Below, piece after piece: positions 39,501 to 51,659 of a stretch of 64,000 nt of DNA (its first letter is position 1; each line of letters opens with the position of its first letter). Below the pieces are notes generated by a model, which saw nothing but the letters and a program-made list of their open reading frames with translations, did no database searches and had not been told where the DNA came from. Made by a program: the position numbers and the translations under genes. This stretch comes from Nageia nagi (lineage: Eukaryota; Plantae; Pinophyta): the NCBI GenBank assembly GCA_050084985.1, contig JBITNC010000002.1:38502001-38566000 (forward strand), given 5' to 3'.

Positions 39501-40431
39501 ATCAATGAACACCTTTTAGTTCTTTTTAAATTTAAATACTATATTTCTACATGTCATGTCCTAAATTATTTCACTTTATATCTAATGAATTTGATTTATT
39601 CCTTGCCCAAATAGCTCCAATGGATGAATTCACTAGTGGTGTATTAAACCATATAATGAACAACCAAATTCCTTGAAAAATAATAGGTAAATTTATGTTT
39701 CCATGTCTTGAAGTAGGTGTAATTTATCTCTTAATTAGCTTGAATTGGTGCATGCCACTAGATAACTTCAAGAAGCAACCTTGAAGCTTGATCCTTAAAA
39801 ATTAACTTGCAACCTCTAGGTTTTTTTAAAAGTCTAGTTCCTTTCTAAAAATTTCAAAATCCTATTGAACACATGAATAACTAGTTTAGATGGACATGTT
39901 GATAAACATACCTTTGATTAATATTGCAATATAAGGAATTCAAAATAACATCTAATAGTTAGTCCATGCAAAAGGTAAACACAACTCTCATAAGAATGAT
40001 ATTAGCTTTACAATTCTTGTATGGGAAAAAAAATCATTTGACATACATGGGACTTAAGAAAAAACTATGATTATATTTATTTATGTGAAATATAGGTGGC
40101 CTAAAATTAGGACACAAATTCCTTCTAGGAGGTACTTGTATCTAAAGATTTGTTATGCTATAAAATTATTATTATTTCATGTGAAATTTAAGCTTTGTTT
40201 CATTATTACATGGATGTTCAAAAATATTTTATTATTATCTTAATTGAGTGTTAATTAAATAAGTTTCATTTTTAATTTTAATTTAATTTTGTTTAGATTT
40301 GAACTAAACTGTTAGGACTTATATTTTAATTTATGTAGTTATTTATTCTTTTAATTGTTAATTTATGGAGGTGATCTTTTGTACATCCATGGATCCATAA
40401 ATTAAATGAGATTCTAAAATTTAAATCACTC

Positions 40432-40432
<1 letters not shown>

Positions 40433-40488
<56 letters not shown>
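40433..40488. repeat. (TG)28 microsatellite
   Basis: Perfect dinucleotide run. Confidence 0.98.
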
Positions 40489-40489
<1 letters not shown>

Positions 40490-43400
40490 ACGCACATGCA
40501 TGCACTCTTATAGGTTGATAAGACTTTTACAATGGATATGTTTATTGATACCAATGTTACTCATGAGGTGCATGGCTCACATGTACAACCTACAATGGTT
40601 GAACCTCCAACCTCTCAATAAGAAATTATGGTAATTTATAATGCATTTTTGTAGATAGATATGGTTATAAATATAATGATTAAGTTTCTAATTTTAAGTT
40701 TCTTTTTATCTCTTGTAGACCTTGGTTGAAAATACTTTTTCTTGCTAGGTGCATGGCTCATTAGAGTAACATATAGTGGTTAAGCCTTTAGTATCTCAAC
40801 ATGATATGGTAATTATAATGTATTTTAATGTTGTGTGTGTGTGTGTGGTCATTTATAATGATTAAGTTTCTAAATTAAAGTTTATTTTTTTTGAACAATG
40901 TGAGATATTTTTACTTGATACATCACATGGAATGAAGAGGAAGATTAATTATGACCCTTCACCCTTCACCTAGTGAGGACTAGTTTGATAGATTGTTAAG
41001 TGGATGAATTTATAAATGTACAATTTTTATTTATGAGTACATGGACTAGATGGATTGCTTAGCTATATTGTGACTAGATGGATTATATATCTTATTATTT
41101 TGATACATGTACATGTTTATGGATGCCTAGTTTGGATTAAAACTGATATACATGTAACTATTTTGATACGCATGTTATATATGTATGTTGATGGATCATG
41201 CCTAATTCTAGAATAGGTGTTTAATTTATGGATGACAACAATTTATGTTTATATTTTATTTTTTTAAATACAAATCATATTAAAAAAACATAAAAAGGTT
41301 AAAATTAACAAACTAACATTAAAAAGGTTAAAAAAATATACTAAAATCTTATGTTTTATATAATTAACAAATTAACAAAATTGCATGTTTGGTAAAAAAA
41401 GTCAAATGCATTGCATTCATTTTAAAACAAGATATTGGATAAATGATCTATATATTGCATGTAAAGGTAATATAGTTGATATGTTTATCTAAAATTTATA
41501 TGATAAATTATATTTTGAATACATAAAGCTAATCATAATAAATTTCAAAATGTTATCCATGATGAAAGGGTGATCTAAAAGGTAATTATTCATAAAGTTA
41601 TGCTAAAAGTTAAGAATTCTAAAGATGAATATGAAAATAAAAATCATCATGCTTAACCTTAAATAGTTTTTCCTACTATATTGTATCCTAAAACACTTAG
41701 TATTCTAGTACTGAGCATGTCATATGATAAAGAATGAGAGCATAACATCTTGTAACCTTTTCCCCCTCCATGATATCAAAACGTTTGTGTGACATTAAGT
41801 GTAAGATCGATGATGGTGGAGGTGATCAAATTCCTCCAGCCCATTATGATCCCTAAAAATCAAATAGAAAATGTAATTACTTTTATGCTTAATTATTAAT
41901 GATTTAGCATTAAATTCCTTTTTACTAGTTAGCTTACCTAAATCCTTAAGGATTTCAAAATAGATTGATTATCACAACTTTCTATGTCTTTGTAAAAGAA
42001 GGTCTTACATTTCTCATGTCATTCCTTAAATTTATCATAGGTCTATGAGGAGGAGTTGTTATAATATTTTATGTCTCAAATTGTATGGATAAAATCTATT
42101 AAATAATATCTCATCAAACTAGTTGGTTGGTGTGTTAGCTATTATGGGTAATGGGTTATCACTCATATCTAATATTGTAATGTGCATCCAAGATCATACT
42201 AGAAGAATCTACTATAAGTGTATCATACACATTATCACTCTCATAAAATGAGATCAATTAAATCATACTGCTATAATATTTTCCTCCTAAATTGAATTAG
42301 AAAGGAGGCACTCATACTACAAAATATGAGTCTTAACATCCAATCATGTAGGGGTAATTTGGTCACCATCTAATGCAAACATACCAATGACATATAACAA
42401 CTCCATATGTGGAGTTCAAACAAAACAAATTTTGCATCATCAAATGAAAAAATGAGAATATCTTCTCCACTATAGTATGCGTCAATGTATTCCTAATTTA
42501 AACTATTGTATACAATAACTAGACTTAACTTGTTCATTACTTGGTTAATAACTTAACAACTAGTATTCACTTGATATATTTATTATTATTTTTATTTAGT
42601 TAATATAATGGTAGGTAAATATATTTACAATTAGTGATAACCTCAATAATGTTCTTGAAGGTCAACATAACACACCTACTTAAAATATGGCCTTGATAAT
42701 TAAGATAGATAATTCTATTTAGCATGAAAAGATTTCTATAACAAGTTTTATCATATGAGATATGATAGATGTTTAAGACTCCACCAAATGGGAATATCTC
42801 TATAGCATATTAAATCACCTTTATCCAAGAATGATTAGCTAATTTAAAATTTCATTAAGGACATACAAGAATAAATAATAAGTAAATTACACTCTATATT
42901 AGAGAAGCCAAAACTATTTAATATGACATGTACAAGTCTTTTCTAACTTCAAATAAAACCATAATAGGATTTATGCAACGTATGAAATAAATCTCTTAAG
43001 TTTGAAGGGGAGAGGGAAGAGGAGAAGGGGAGGGGAGTGAAAGGGGAGAAGGGTAAGGGAATAAGGGGAGGGAGATAACTCATGGAAGAAGATTAATTTT
43101 AGATCCTAAATCTTAAAATTCATACAATAAATCCATCCCTTGATCATTTATCAAGGACATAAGTCTCCACTAAATAATCTCAATCATAATATTCACACCC
43201 ATTTGCTAAGGTAAAATATTACTCTTTTCTATATAAGGATCTAATATAATATTATAAATACTAATCCAACTAATTACTATAAATTATACATGATCTTACA
43301 AATATCATCAACATCCTCCTCAATACAAGTGAGAGGCTAAGCTATATCCAAAGAGCTTAAAATCTATCAACTACTACTAATGAATGTGATAAAAAATCTA

Positions 43401-44264
43401 ATTACATACATTATGAATACAAATATAATAACTAAAATGTATATCCTTAAATGAAATATCATCACAATATATCTCATAAATCGATAACATGTCCAAATGC
43501 CAAATTTCTATAAAAAACTACCTTCAAAACTTTAGAGATTCTCCATACTCATAAATGGATCATATTTAAGTGCATAATCTATCATAAAGGTACTATCAAT
43601 ACTCTTAAGTAACAAATGAAAATGCATATACCTAATTAAAATCAATTCAAGATAAAGAGATAGTGCACTGAACCATGCATAAATAATCTACAAAATGAAT
43701 CTTACCAGTTAATCCATCCTTAAAACTAACATTCACATATTTCTTAATGCATGAAGAGGAATTCATATGTAATATGTAGGAACCCAAGTTTGTACTAGCA
43801 TCTTCTCTCTTATCCTTGTGATCTAAATTCATATTACTAAAAAAACCATATGAGTACTTATTATAATGTAAGGGGTTCATGGGAAGCAAAAGGGGAGAAG
43901 GGTTAGGGGAGAAGGGGGAGGGAGGGAGAAGAGGAAGGGGAAGGGAAGAAGGGTAGGGGGAGAGAAAGGAGAGAAGGAGAAGCAAAAAAGGGTAGGGATC
44001 AACATATAGACTAACACAACAATCCTCAAATGTACTTGACATGATGTCCCTAAGAATAACAAAAATGCACAATTAGGTACAAATCTAAATATTTATAGGT
44101 GGTGTCAAGAGACACCATTTAATGATAGTTTAATGATATTTGTGTGAGTCCTCTTCATACATATCTCAACAAAATACAAGGGAATATGAGTGAAACATAT
44201 TATAACATAATTGTATTTAATTTTATAATTAAAATAATTCACTATTTAACATTTCCTTTATTTT

Positions 44265-47207
44265 TCAATCCATTGCACCATCTACATCCTCTCTTCTTTC
44301 TAATGCATCTATAATTATCTCATGTTCATCCAATGAAATATTCCACAACACTTTATTAGAAGGCCTCCCTTTATATCTAGATAGTTTTATGTTTATTTAC
44401 AATACTAAATGCAACTAATGTATAATATTATTATGTGTTCCATAATCTTCAAATGTAGGAAAACCATTCTTTTTTTTAAGATATTTTCATATCCATGTGC
44501 CAAAAACCACCATAGAACCTATTGTATAATGAAATCCATCATTATCAAAATTCAGAAAAATGATAAATAGAAAGATATATAGAGACTTTAATAAGATCTT
44601 GAGAAATATATACAAAACTTATTGGATAAAGAAATCCATCACCATCATGTCAAGGTGGATTTAACTTATGTTTTTTCTCAACACATCAAGCTAGCCAATA
44701 CCCTATTTCCTCTTCATTCCCTTCAAGTGCAACAACAACATACATATACATTTGAATATAAATAAATTGAATTAAATTACCTTCTTGTACAAGGTATGAA
44801 ATATGATCATAGTATTTTGATGTAAACAGTTCATCTTCAATTGTTATTTCTTGTTGATCATGGGCTTATGTAGATTTCAAAGATATTTGTTTCCATTCTT
44901 GAACCCCTTCTATATTTATACATGCTTTTGATTCACCTTTAACACAAGAATCACAAAAACATTCAAGATCCCTTATCCATATAGTCCAAGTTCTTTCTTT
45001 TGAGCCTCTAAATGAATGCCACTTTATTGATCTATTGATTATATCACAATCAAGATGAATCAAAATATTATCTTTTTTAACTAAACAAAAGTATCATTGA
45101 ATTATAGAATTCTCACTTTATCTTGTAAATAATATTGTACTACACCATTCCATAATATCACATGCATCTTTAAATACTTGCATCTCCAAATTTTAGTTGC
45201 TCTCTAGCAAGAGCTCTTTGAACAAATGCACTTGATCCATCATGTTCTCCTTTACCATGTTTTTCTTAAATAAAACTCCATATATGTTCGATATTTTTTC
45301 TTTATGAACCTAACTTAGCCATTAAAACACTTATGAATTTTTAAACTATCCCATACAATTATTTGATCGTATGAAATGTTTGGCCATATATATTCCTCTT
45401 TTATCTAAATTATTGTAAATAGCTTAAAACAATATTGGAAAATTTTTTATGAGTGTAATCACTTATCACTCACATAGAAATGGCACTCCCTAAAAAAAAT
45501 TATGTTATCTTTAGTACTATCATTTGCATGTTTACATACAATATGGAAAAAATGGAAACTTGAACTAAATTATAGTATTGAGACTAGATTTATTCTTGTG
45601 GTCTAAGAGTATAATTTTCAATAAATTCAACCATTGATAATATAGTTCTAACCAAAAATGTGTTTCTACATTGAAAAAATTGACTATCAAGCCATCGATT
45701 ATTTTGGGAGTGTTTCACATATTTTGGTAGATACTTAGTCTTAAAATCATCCATGAATGTATACACTTTAATGCTTTTAAGGATCAAGTCAATATGCTTT
45801 CCAATTTTTCCATCCTTCAAATCATACTCAATATTCTTGAATATTCTAACATCCACATCTTGTTTTCCAAATTCATACAAACTAATTTCATGCATAGAAT
45901 CTCCTAATAATGAAAATTTCCCACATTTATGACATTGTCTAGAAATACATGATTTTGAATAAAATGATTTCTCATGAGGAGGTGGACAAAGAAAACTTGC
46001 TATAAACTCCTTGATAGTTTCAGGTGGTATATGAATACCACATTCTTGCATTACATTATTAGTATGTAAATTATAATTTATATTTTGAAAGAATCATAAT
46101 AATATCCAAATTCCATATGATATTTGCAACAACATGTTAATTTTTTCTTGCTAATTATAATTTACCAATGTTTGCATTTCTCAAATGATCTTTAACTTAT
46201 GCTAATATTAAATGATTGTAACACTCCAGAAATAGTTGATACGATTCAATTTGAGTCATATATAGAAGGTGTTTTGGATGATATTCATGATATTTTGACC
46301 CAAATTTCAATTTTGAAATATCTTTAGTGTGTGATGATACCCTTGTTCTATCATGCCAAAAGGTTTCAATTAAAGACTTGATATTGCTAGTCAATTTCAT
46401 GTCAAACCTTGGGAGTCTACTGCTATAACTTCAATATTGGTTGGTTGGATCACTTTTAATTACCTTCTCTTTATGAGATTTTGCAAATTTTTATGAATCA
46501 TATTGAACAATTCACCAATATTTCTTTTGTTTGATATTGTTTTACTTACTATAGCAATTGTTATAGCTCATCATGTTGCATTCTTGTCTTTAGATCTACT
46601 CTTTCTCTTAATAAAACTAATTGCACTAGCAACAATAGACACAACTTCTTTTAGGGGTTCATATTCCTTGTTTTATTTCATATTAATGCCTAAATTTTTC
46701 ATTATTTCTCTAATTTTTGACATTCTTATTTATTGAAACATGATTTGACATTGAACTCATTGCTCTTTATTTTTGAAAATTGATCATGTATATCAATTGT
46801 AATTGTTCTTATTTGTCTTTAAGATAGAAGCTTATCATTGGGAAAATTATGTAAGATATTACTTTCAATTTTTGAAAAAATATTATCATTTACTTTCAAA
46901 GGTGGATCTAAATATATACCCAATGGATTGGTATTGACAGGTGGATATGAAGCTTCTACAATTGTAGTCTCCTCTTCCATATGTGCATCATACACATTCA
47001 TTTCTTGAATGTTGTCCTCCTCAATATTCTCATGAATTTTCTCCTCTTAATCATTGCCTTAGAATTCAATGCTTCATCATTTCTCAATTGGTTCAAAAGT
47101 TTTCTTCTCTCTCTTTTTCATTTTTCATCCTTCTCTCTAATTTCTTTTTCTTATTTAGGTGTTAATTTCCTCTCATATTTCCTTTATTGACATTTTTTTG
47201 ATCCCAT
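44265..47207 (-). pseudogene. Sola2-like DDD transposase pseudogene
   Basis: Motifs in order: TCCCKYH (about 46125), LCPPP...CISRQCHKC, MVEFIENY..PQE*I*SQYY, HFYVSD, IRSNNCMG*FKN, HGKGEHDG (45238-45259), WHSF...RDLECFCDSC. Stops and frameshifts throughout. Confidence 0.8.
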
Positions 47208-48544
47208 GACCTCCTTTAAAAAATGTATTTACTTTAAAATTATTGTAATCACAAAAAATGAATAGAAAATCATAAAAATGAAGAGAAAATTACAAAAAAG
47301 GTCACACGAATCTGTACAATATTGATACACATTAATAATAAATGAAAAATAGTTTTATATGTATTTTTTAATATATTAGGGTTGGATCCTAAGCATCGAC
47401 ATCTCGATGGTGAGTATCTTGTCCCTAAATTCAAATTTTAAACCCACTATTTTTCCTTGGATCTAGGCTCAAAATTATGTTCGATGATCCAACCCTTGGC
47501 TTTGAACCTACAACTTCAAGGTCATAATAATGACAATGGAGTTTACCAACTTTAGGCATGCATTTGATGATATTTTTCAAAGAATTGTTTCATAAAATTT
47601 TGAAGGATTATAGATGAGAGACTGCAGATTTCAAATATGGTTTTTTTTACAATTGGTTGTATTTTAATATAATTTTCAATGAAAGAGGGTCCATAAACTT
47701 TGAAAATTAGGGTTTTATATTTGTTTAATAACTTTTTATTTTTTTGGAATTATGAAAAAACATGTGTGCACAATCTACATACAATTTTCCATAGCTTAAA
47801 AAAAATAAAAATGATAAGTTTAGGTCAAATTATGCATGAGGGATACGAATAATTTTTGAAACAATAATTAGGGCAAATAAAAAATTAATAAAAAAATATT
47901 AATGACAAAATTACAAAAAATACCTTGCATAATATTTAGTGTCTTAGGTATCTTTACCCAAAAGGATTTAACAAAATATTGTAATATAGGTCTAATTATG
48001 CTTGAAGGACATGATGGGAGTGTAGTTCTCAAACTATATTTTTTAAACACTAGGTTTTATTCATGTCTATCACAAATTTATTTCTATGACCTAGGTATTG
48101 GAATAAATTACATATTTGAAAACTAGTCTTTCAATACTACATTTTTACCTAAGTGATATTTTTCAAGATTCAAACTCCAAGTACTTCAAATTTTGATATC
48201 AATTGTGAAAAAACTTGAAAATCAAGGAAAACACTTCCACTTTTTTTTCCAAAAGTATGACTAATCTTCTTGCACACTTACCCACAAAAATACCTAGATT
48301 GACCATGTATCCTACCTAATGATTGTTTCAACAAAATGCACTCTTAATAAATGCAACAATTGTATGGAAAAAGGAGGGAAAAATCATAAAGGATAATCAA
48401 TATGTAATCTTCATTATCTACACACCAACATTCCTTCTCTACATCAACATGATGATTGTTTGATAAAGTGCCTCATTAACATGTTACTTGCAAATCACCA
48501 ACATTCAAGGTTTATGTTAAAATTCATAATTGTAAATACCATGC

Positions 48545-49300
48545 ATGATACAAATGTATATAAAACTAGTGGTTATGGCATTATGTATCCATTAACAACA
48601 TCTTCAAGAAGTCACCATGAGTAAATCTTATTACTATATATTTCATAAAGGCCAACATAAAATAGACATGTAGGTTTATAGTGAGTCTACATTGAGATAA
48701 TAAAGGACCATTTGTTGATATACATTTTTTTTATTGTATTAAAACCTTAGGGTATAAGGATCACCTACCTAATTATATTTTGGAACTATCTATCCAAATG
48801 GAATAAATAAAAAAAATAACAAATCATATCCATCTATAGCTATTATGGAGATAGCATGTAATAAGGCTTACATAATAGAAATTGGGATAAATACCTTAAC
48901 AAGATACATATGTATGCAAAACTAGTGGTTGTGGCATTATGTATCCATTAAAAACATCTTCAAGAAGTCACCATGAGTAAATCTTCTTACTATATATTTC
49001 ATAAAGGCTAACATAAATTAGACATGTAGGTTTATAGTAAGTCTACATTAAGATAATAAAGGACCATTTATTAATATACATTTTTTTTATTATATTAAAA
49101 AATTGGGGTACAAGGATTAGCTACCTACTAATATTTTGAAAGTATTTATCTAGAACATTGATAGCTACTATGGAGATAACATGTAAGAAGGCATACATAA
49201 TAGAAATTGGGATAAAATAAAAAAACTAGTAGAACATTGATAGCTACTATGGAGATAACATGTAAGAAGGCATACATAATAGAAATAGGGATAAATCCCC
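48545..49300. repeat. Tandem duplication of about 355 bp, plus a nested duplication of about 80 bp
   Basis: AAAACTAGTGGTT(A/G)TGGCATTATGTATCC at about 48562 and 48917; TAGAACATTGATAGCTACTATGG at about 49151 and 49230. Confidence 0.85.
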
Positions 49301-50560
49301 TACCAAGTGTACTAGATACCTCTCAAAAAGAGTATATATATACCAAACATAAAACCATAGAAACCTAGATATTTATCCCAAAACAAATATAAACAAACTT
49401 TAGAGTTATCCAAGGGGAAGAACCATCCTCAAGAGATGATTTTTGAGGTTCTTAGTAACTACTGAAGTCTCCTTTATTACATCCATTTCTTCTTTAATGA
49501 AAGTGGAGTTTGTAGTGATGGATCTTACAAACTATTGAAGAAGTTGTTAATTTCCTTTAGGTTAGGAAGATTCTCCTCCTTGGAATTCCTCTTTTGATCA
49601 TTGGAATAAGTATCTAGAGGATTCTTAGCCTTCTTCTTTAGATAAGAGTCTTCCAATCTACCTAATTTGCTTACTAGCTTCTCCTTGATCTTTCTTTTAG
49701 AGTTATGATAATCAATTCTTCCCCTTTTGTAGAAGTAATAATGGGAGAATGGACCTACCCCTTTTTCCTTCCATGGGGAGTCCATTTTTTAATGACCTCT
49801 AAAAAGAAGGGATCCTTATCACCCCTCTAAGGATCCTAATCCTCCTCAACTATCTTAACAACTTTAGAGGAGCCCAAAGTCAATTTGTTTGGTTCCTTAT
49901 TGAAAGAAAAAATTTTGATATGGAAGAAAATTTTCTTATTGAAATGTATGAGAGTAACCTCCCTAAAGGGATCTCTTCCTTCATCAATGTTGACTTCGCT
50001 TGATAATGTTGAAAAATCAAGATTAAAAGACATACATATTTTAGCATTGATAATTTACCCTTATATAGACTAGCCACTAATGTTTTGAAGGATTTGAATA
50101 AAAAGAGTAAAATATTCATAAACTAGTAGCCTTGGATGTGGTTGAGGAAGGCTACATGAAAGCTTTGTATAATTTCTTATCTCTCAACTACAATGAAGTA
50201 CTACATTATGACCAAAATCACCCTCTCCTAAGTATTTGGACATGAATTGTGTTGGTAACTATAGGAGAGATAAACCCATGTACTACTATAAATATCTACC
50301 TCATAATTTAGGGAGTTCTTCTCTGGAATCATATTAATGCCTATTATTATTAGGCTCAAAAATTCCATTAGAAGCTCCACTATGATTTCAAACTTGCTCC
50401 TAACATTATACACCATTCCTCCCAAAATTTTTCTAGAGCTTTTCCATAGGTATATTAGTAAGAGGGAATTTCTTGAGGAAATTCCATAGTCTGTGCTTTT
50501 CTAGTAACACACAAACCTTGGGTCCACTTCAAGAGAAGCTATTTCCAATCTTCCAATTTC
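48726..50560 (-). mobile_element. Probable L1-type LINE derivative (ORF1-like remnant and A-tail)
   Basis: T-runs at about 48725 and 49081 read as minus-strand A-tails. A decayed minus-strand frame (LWNF...LWKALEKFLGGMV...INMIP) is followed by a Lys-rich low-complexity region, as in plant L1 ORF1. Confidence 0.4.
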
Positions 50561-51659
50561 CATGGAAGTATAAAAAATATAGTGATTAAATAACTACAAT
50601 AGAAAGAGAAGCATGTTATGAACATTAGCCTAAAGTACAACCAAGGGGATAAATATATAGAAAGAGAAAATGGCCAACTTCTCATACAAGGGTTATTTGA
50701 CCAAAGATGCTCTTATGCCTGGGAAATCAAAGTATCAATAGAAATAATAATGATTCAAATAAATGGTCATTAGATGTTACATAAAGAATAATTAGAACTA
50801 GAGTTGTTTGGGAATATATTTCCATACTGGCCATACCATACCCTTTGGTTTATATTAGATTACCACTAATAAATAATTTATATATTCCTTTAGGTATATG
50901 AGCATTATTACCACTATCTCATCCAACAAGATTAAATGGTTAATAGATTGATTGCTTTAGTAGAAATTTGTATATGACTACAACAAATAATTTATTAAAT
51001 CTTATCAATGTGGTGCTCCAAAATATAAAAGAAATAGATTTCATCCTACTCATATATGATATTATCAAAGGAAGTTATTTAAATATAAACATCACCATGC
51101 ACAAGATGTTAGATAAAGGAAGATAAAGAAAGAGGTGTTGTAAGATATGAAAAGAAAAGTCTCAATGATGAGCCTTGAATTTGAGTTGGGAAGGATGTTA
51201 GCAAGAGAGAATTTCATAAATAATTATGGTAACTTTCATGGTGACAACAAGATAAAATGATACTACAAAGAGATTGATAAATTAACAATAAATACTAATA
51301 ATAAGTATTAATCTAGGGTAAAATACATAATAACAAAGAGTCATCACCTTGTGTAAAAATCACCAACTATACCTACACCCAACTAATGACATACAAAGGC
51401 AAGATTAAGAGGAGAAATAAAATCAATGGATGAGAAGAATGAGTGCATACGATAGTAGAAGAGAACAATATTAAATCATCCATCATGTACTAGTATATAA
51501 TAAGAAATAATGTTATTACTATTATATTATCATCCTATCTTGGTAATCCTTTGTAATTAATTATCATTAAAATATATATTTTATGTCCCTTTTTAAATTT
51601 TTTTTATTAATCTAAATATTTCCATGTTCATCTTTGCTATTTCATTTTTTTCTTATTGA

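Larger units (their letters stand above)
37512..48283 (-). mobile_element. 10.8-kb Sola2-like DNA transposon (degenerate, formerly autonomous)
   Basis: Termini GGGTACATGCAATAAGTTGAGTC... and ...GACTAATCTTCTTGCACACTTACCC. 4-bp near-TSD GCAA/ACAA. Paralogous empty site at about 37231-37301. Internal DDD transposase. Confidence 0.8.

Noticed and set aside
40434-40634. ORF MCVCVCV...
   Set aside because: Translation of the (TG)n microsatellite.
43647-44072. 141-aa Pro/Leu/Ser-rich ORF
   Set aside because: The openness is largely due to a polypyrimidine tract on that strand, and no domain is recognisable.
37512-48283. Assignment to CACTA, hAT, Mutator or Harbinger
   Set aside because: The termini are GGG/CCC with a 4-bp TSD, and the transposase motifs (FxENY, HGKGEHDG) do not fit those superfamilies.
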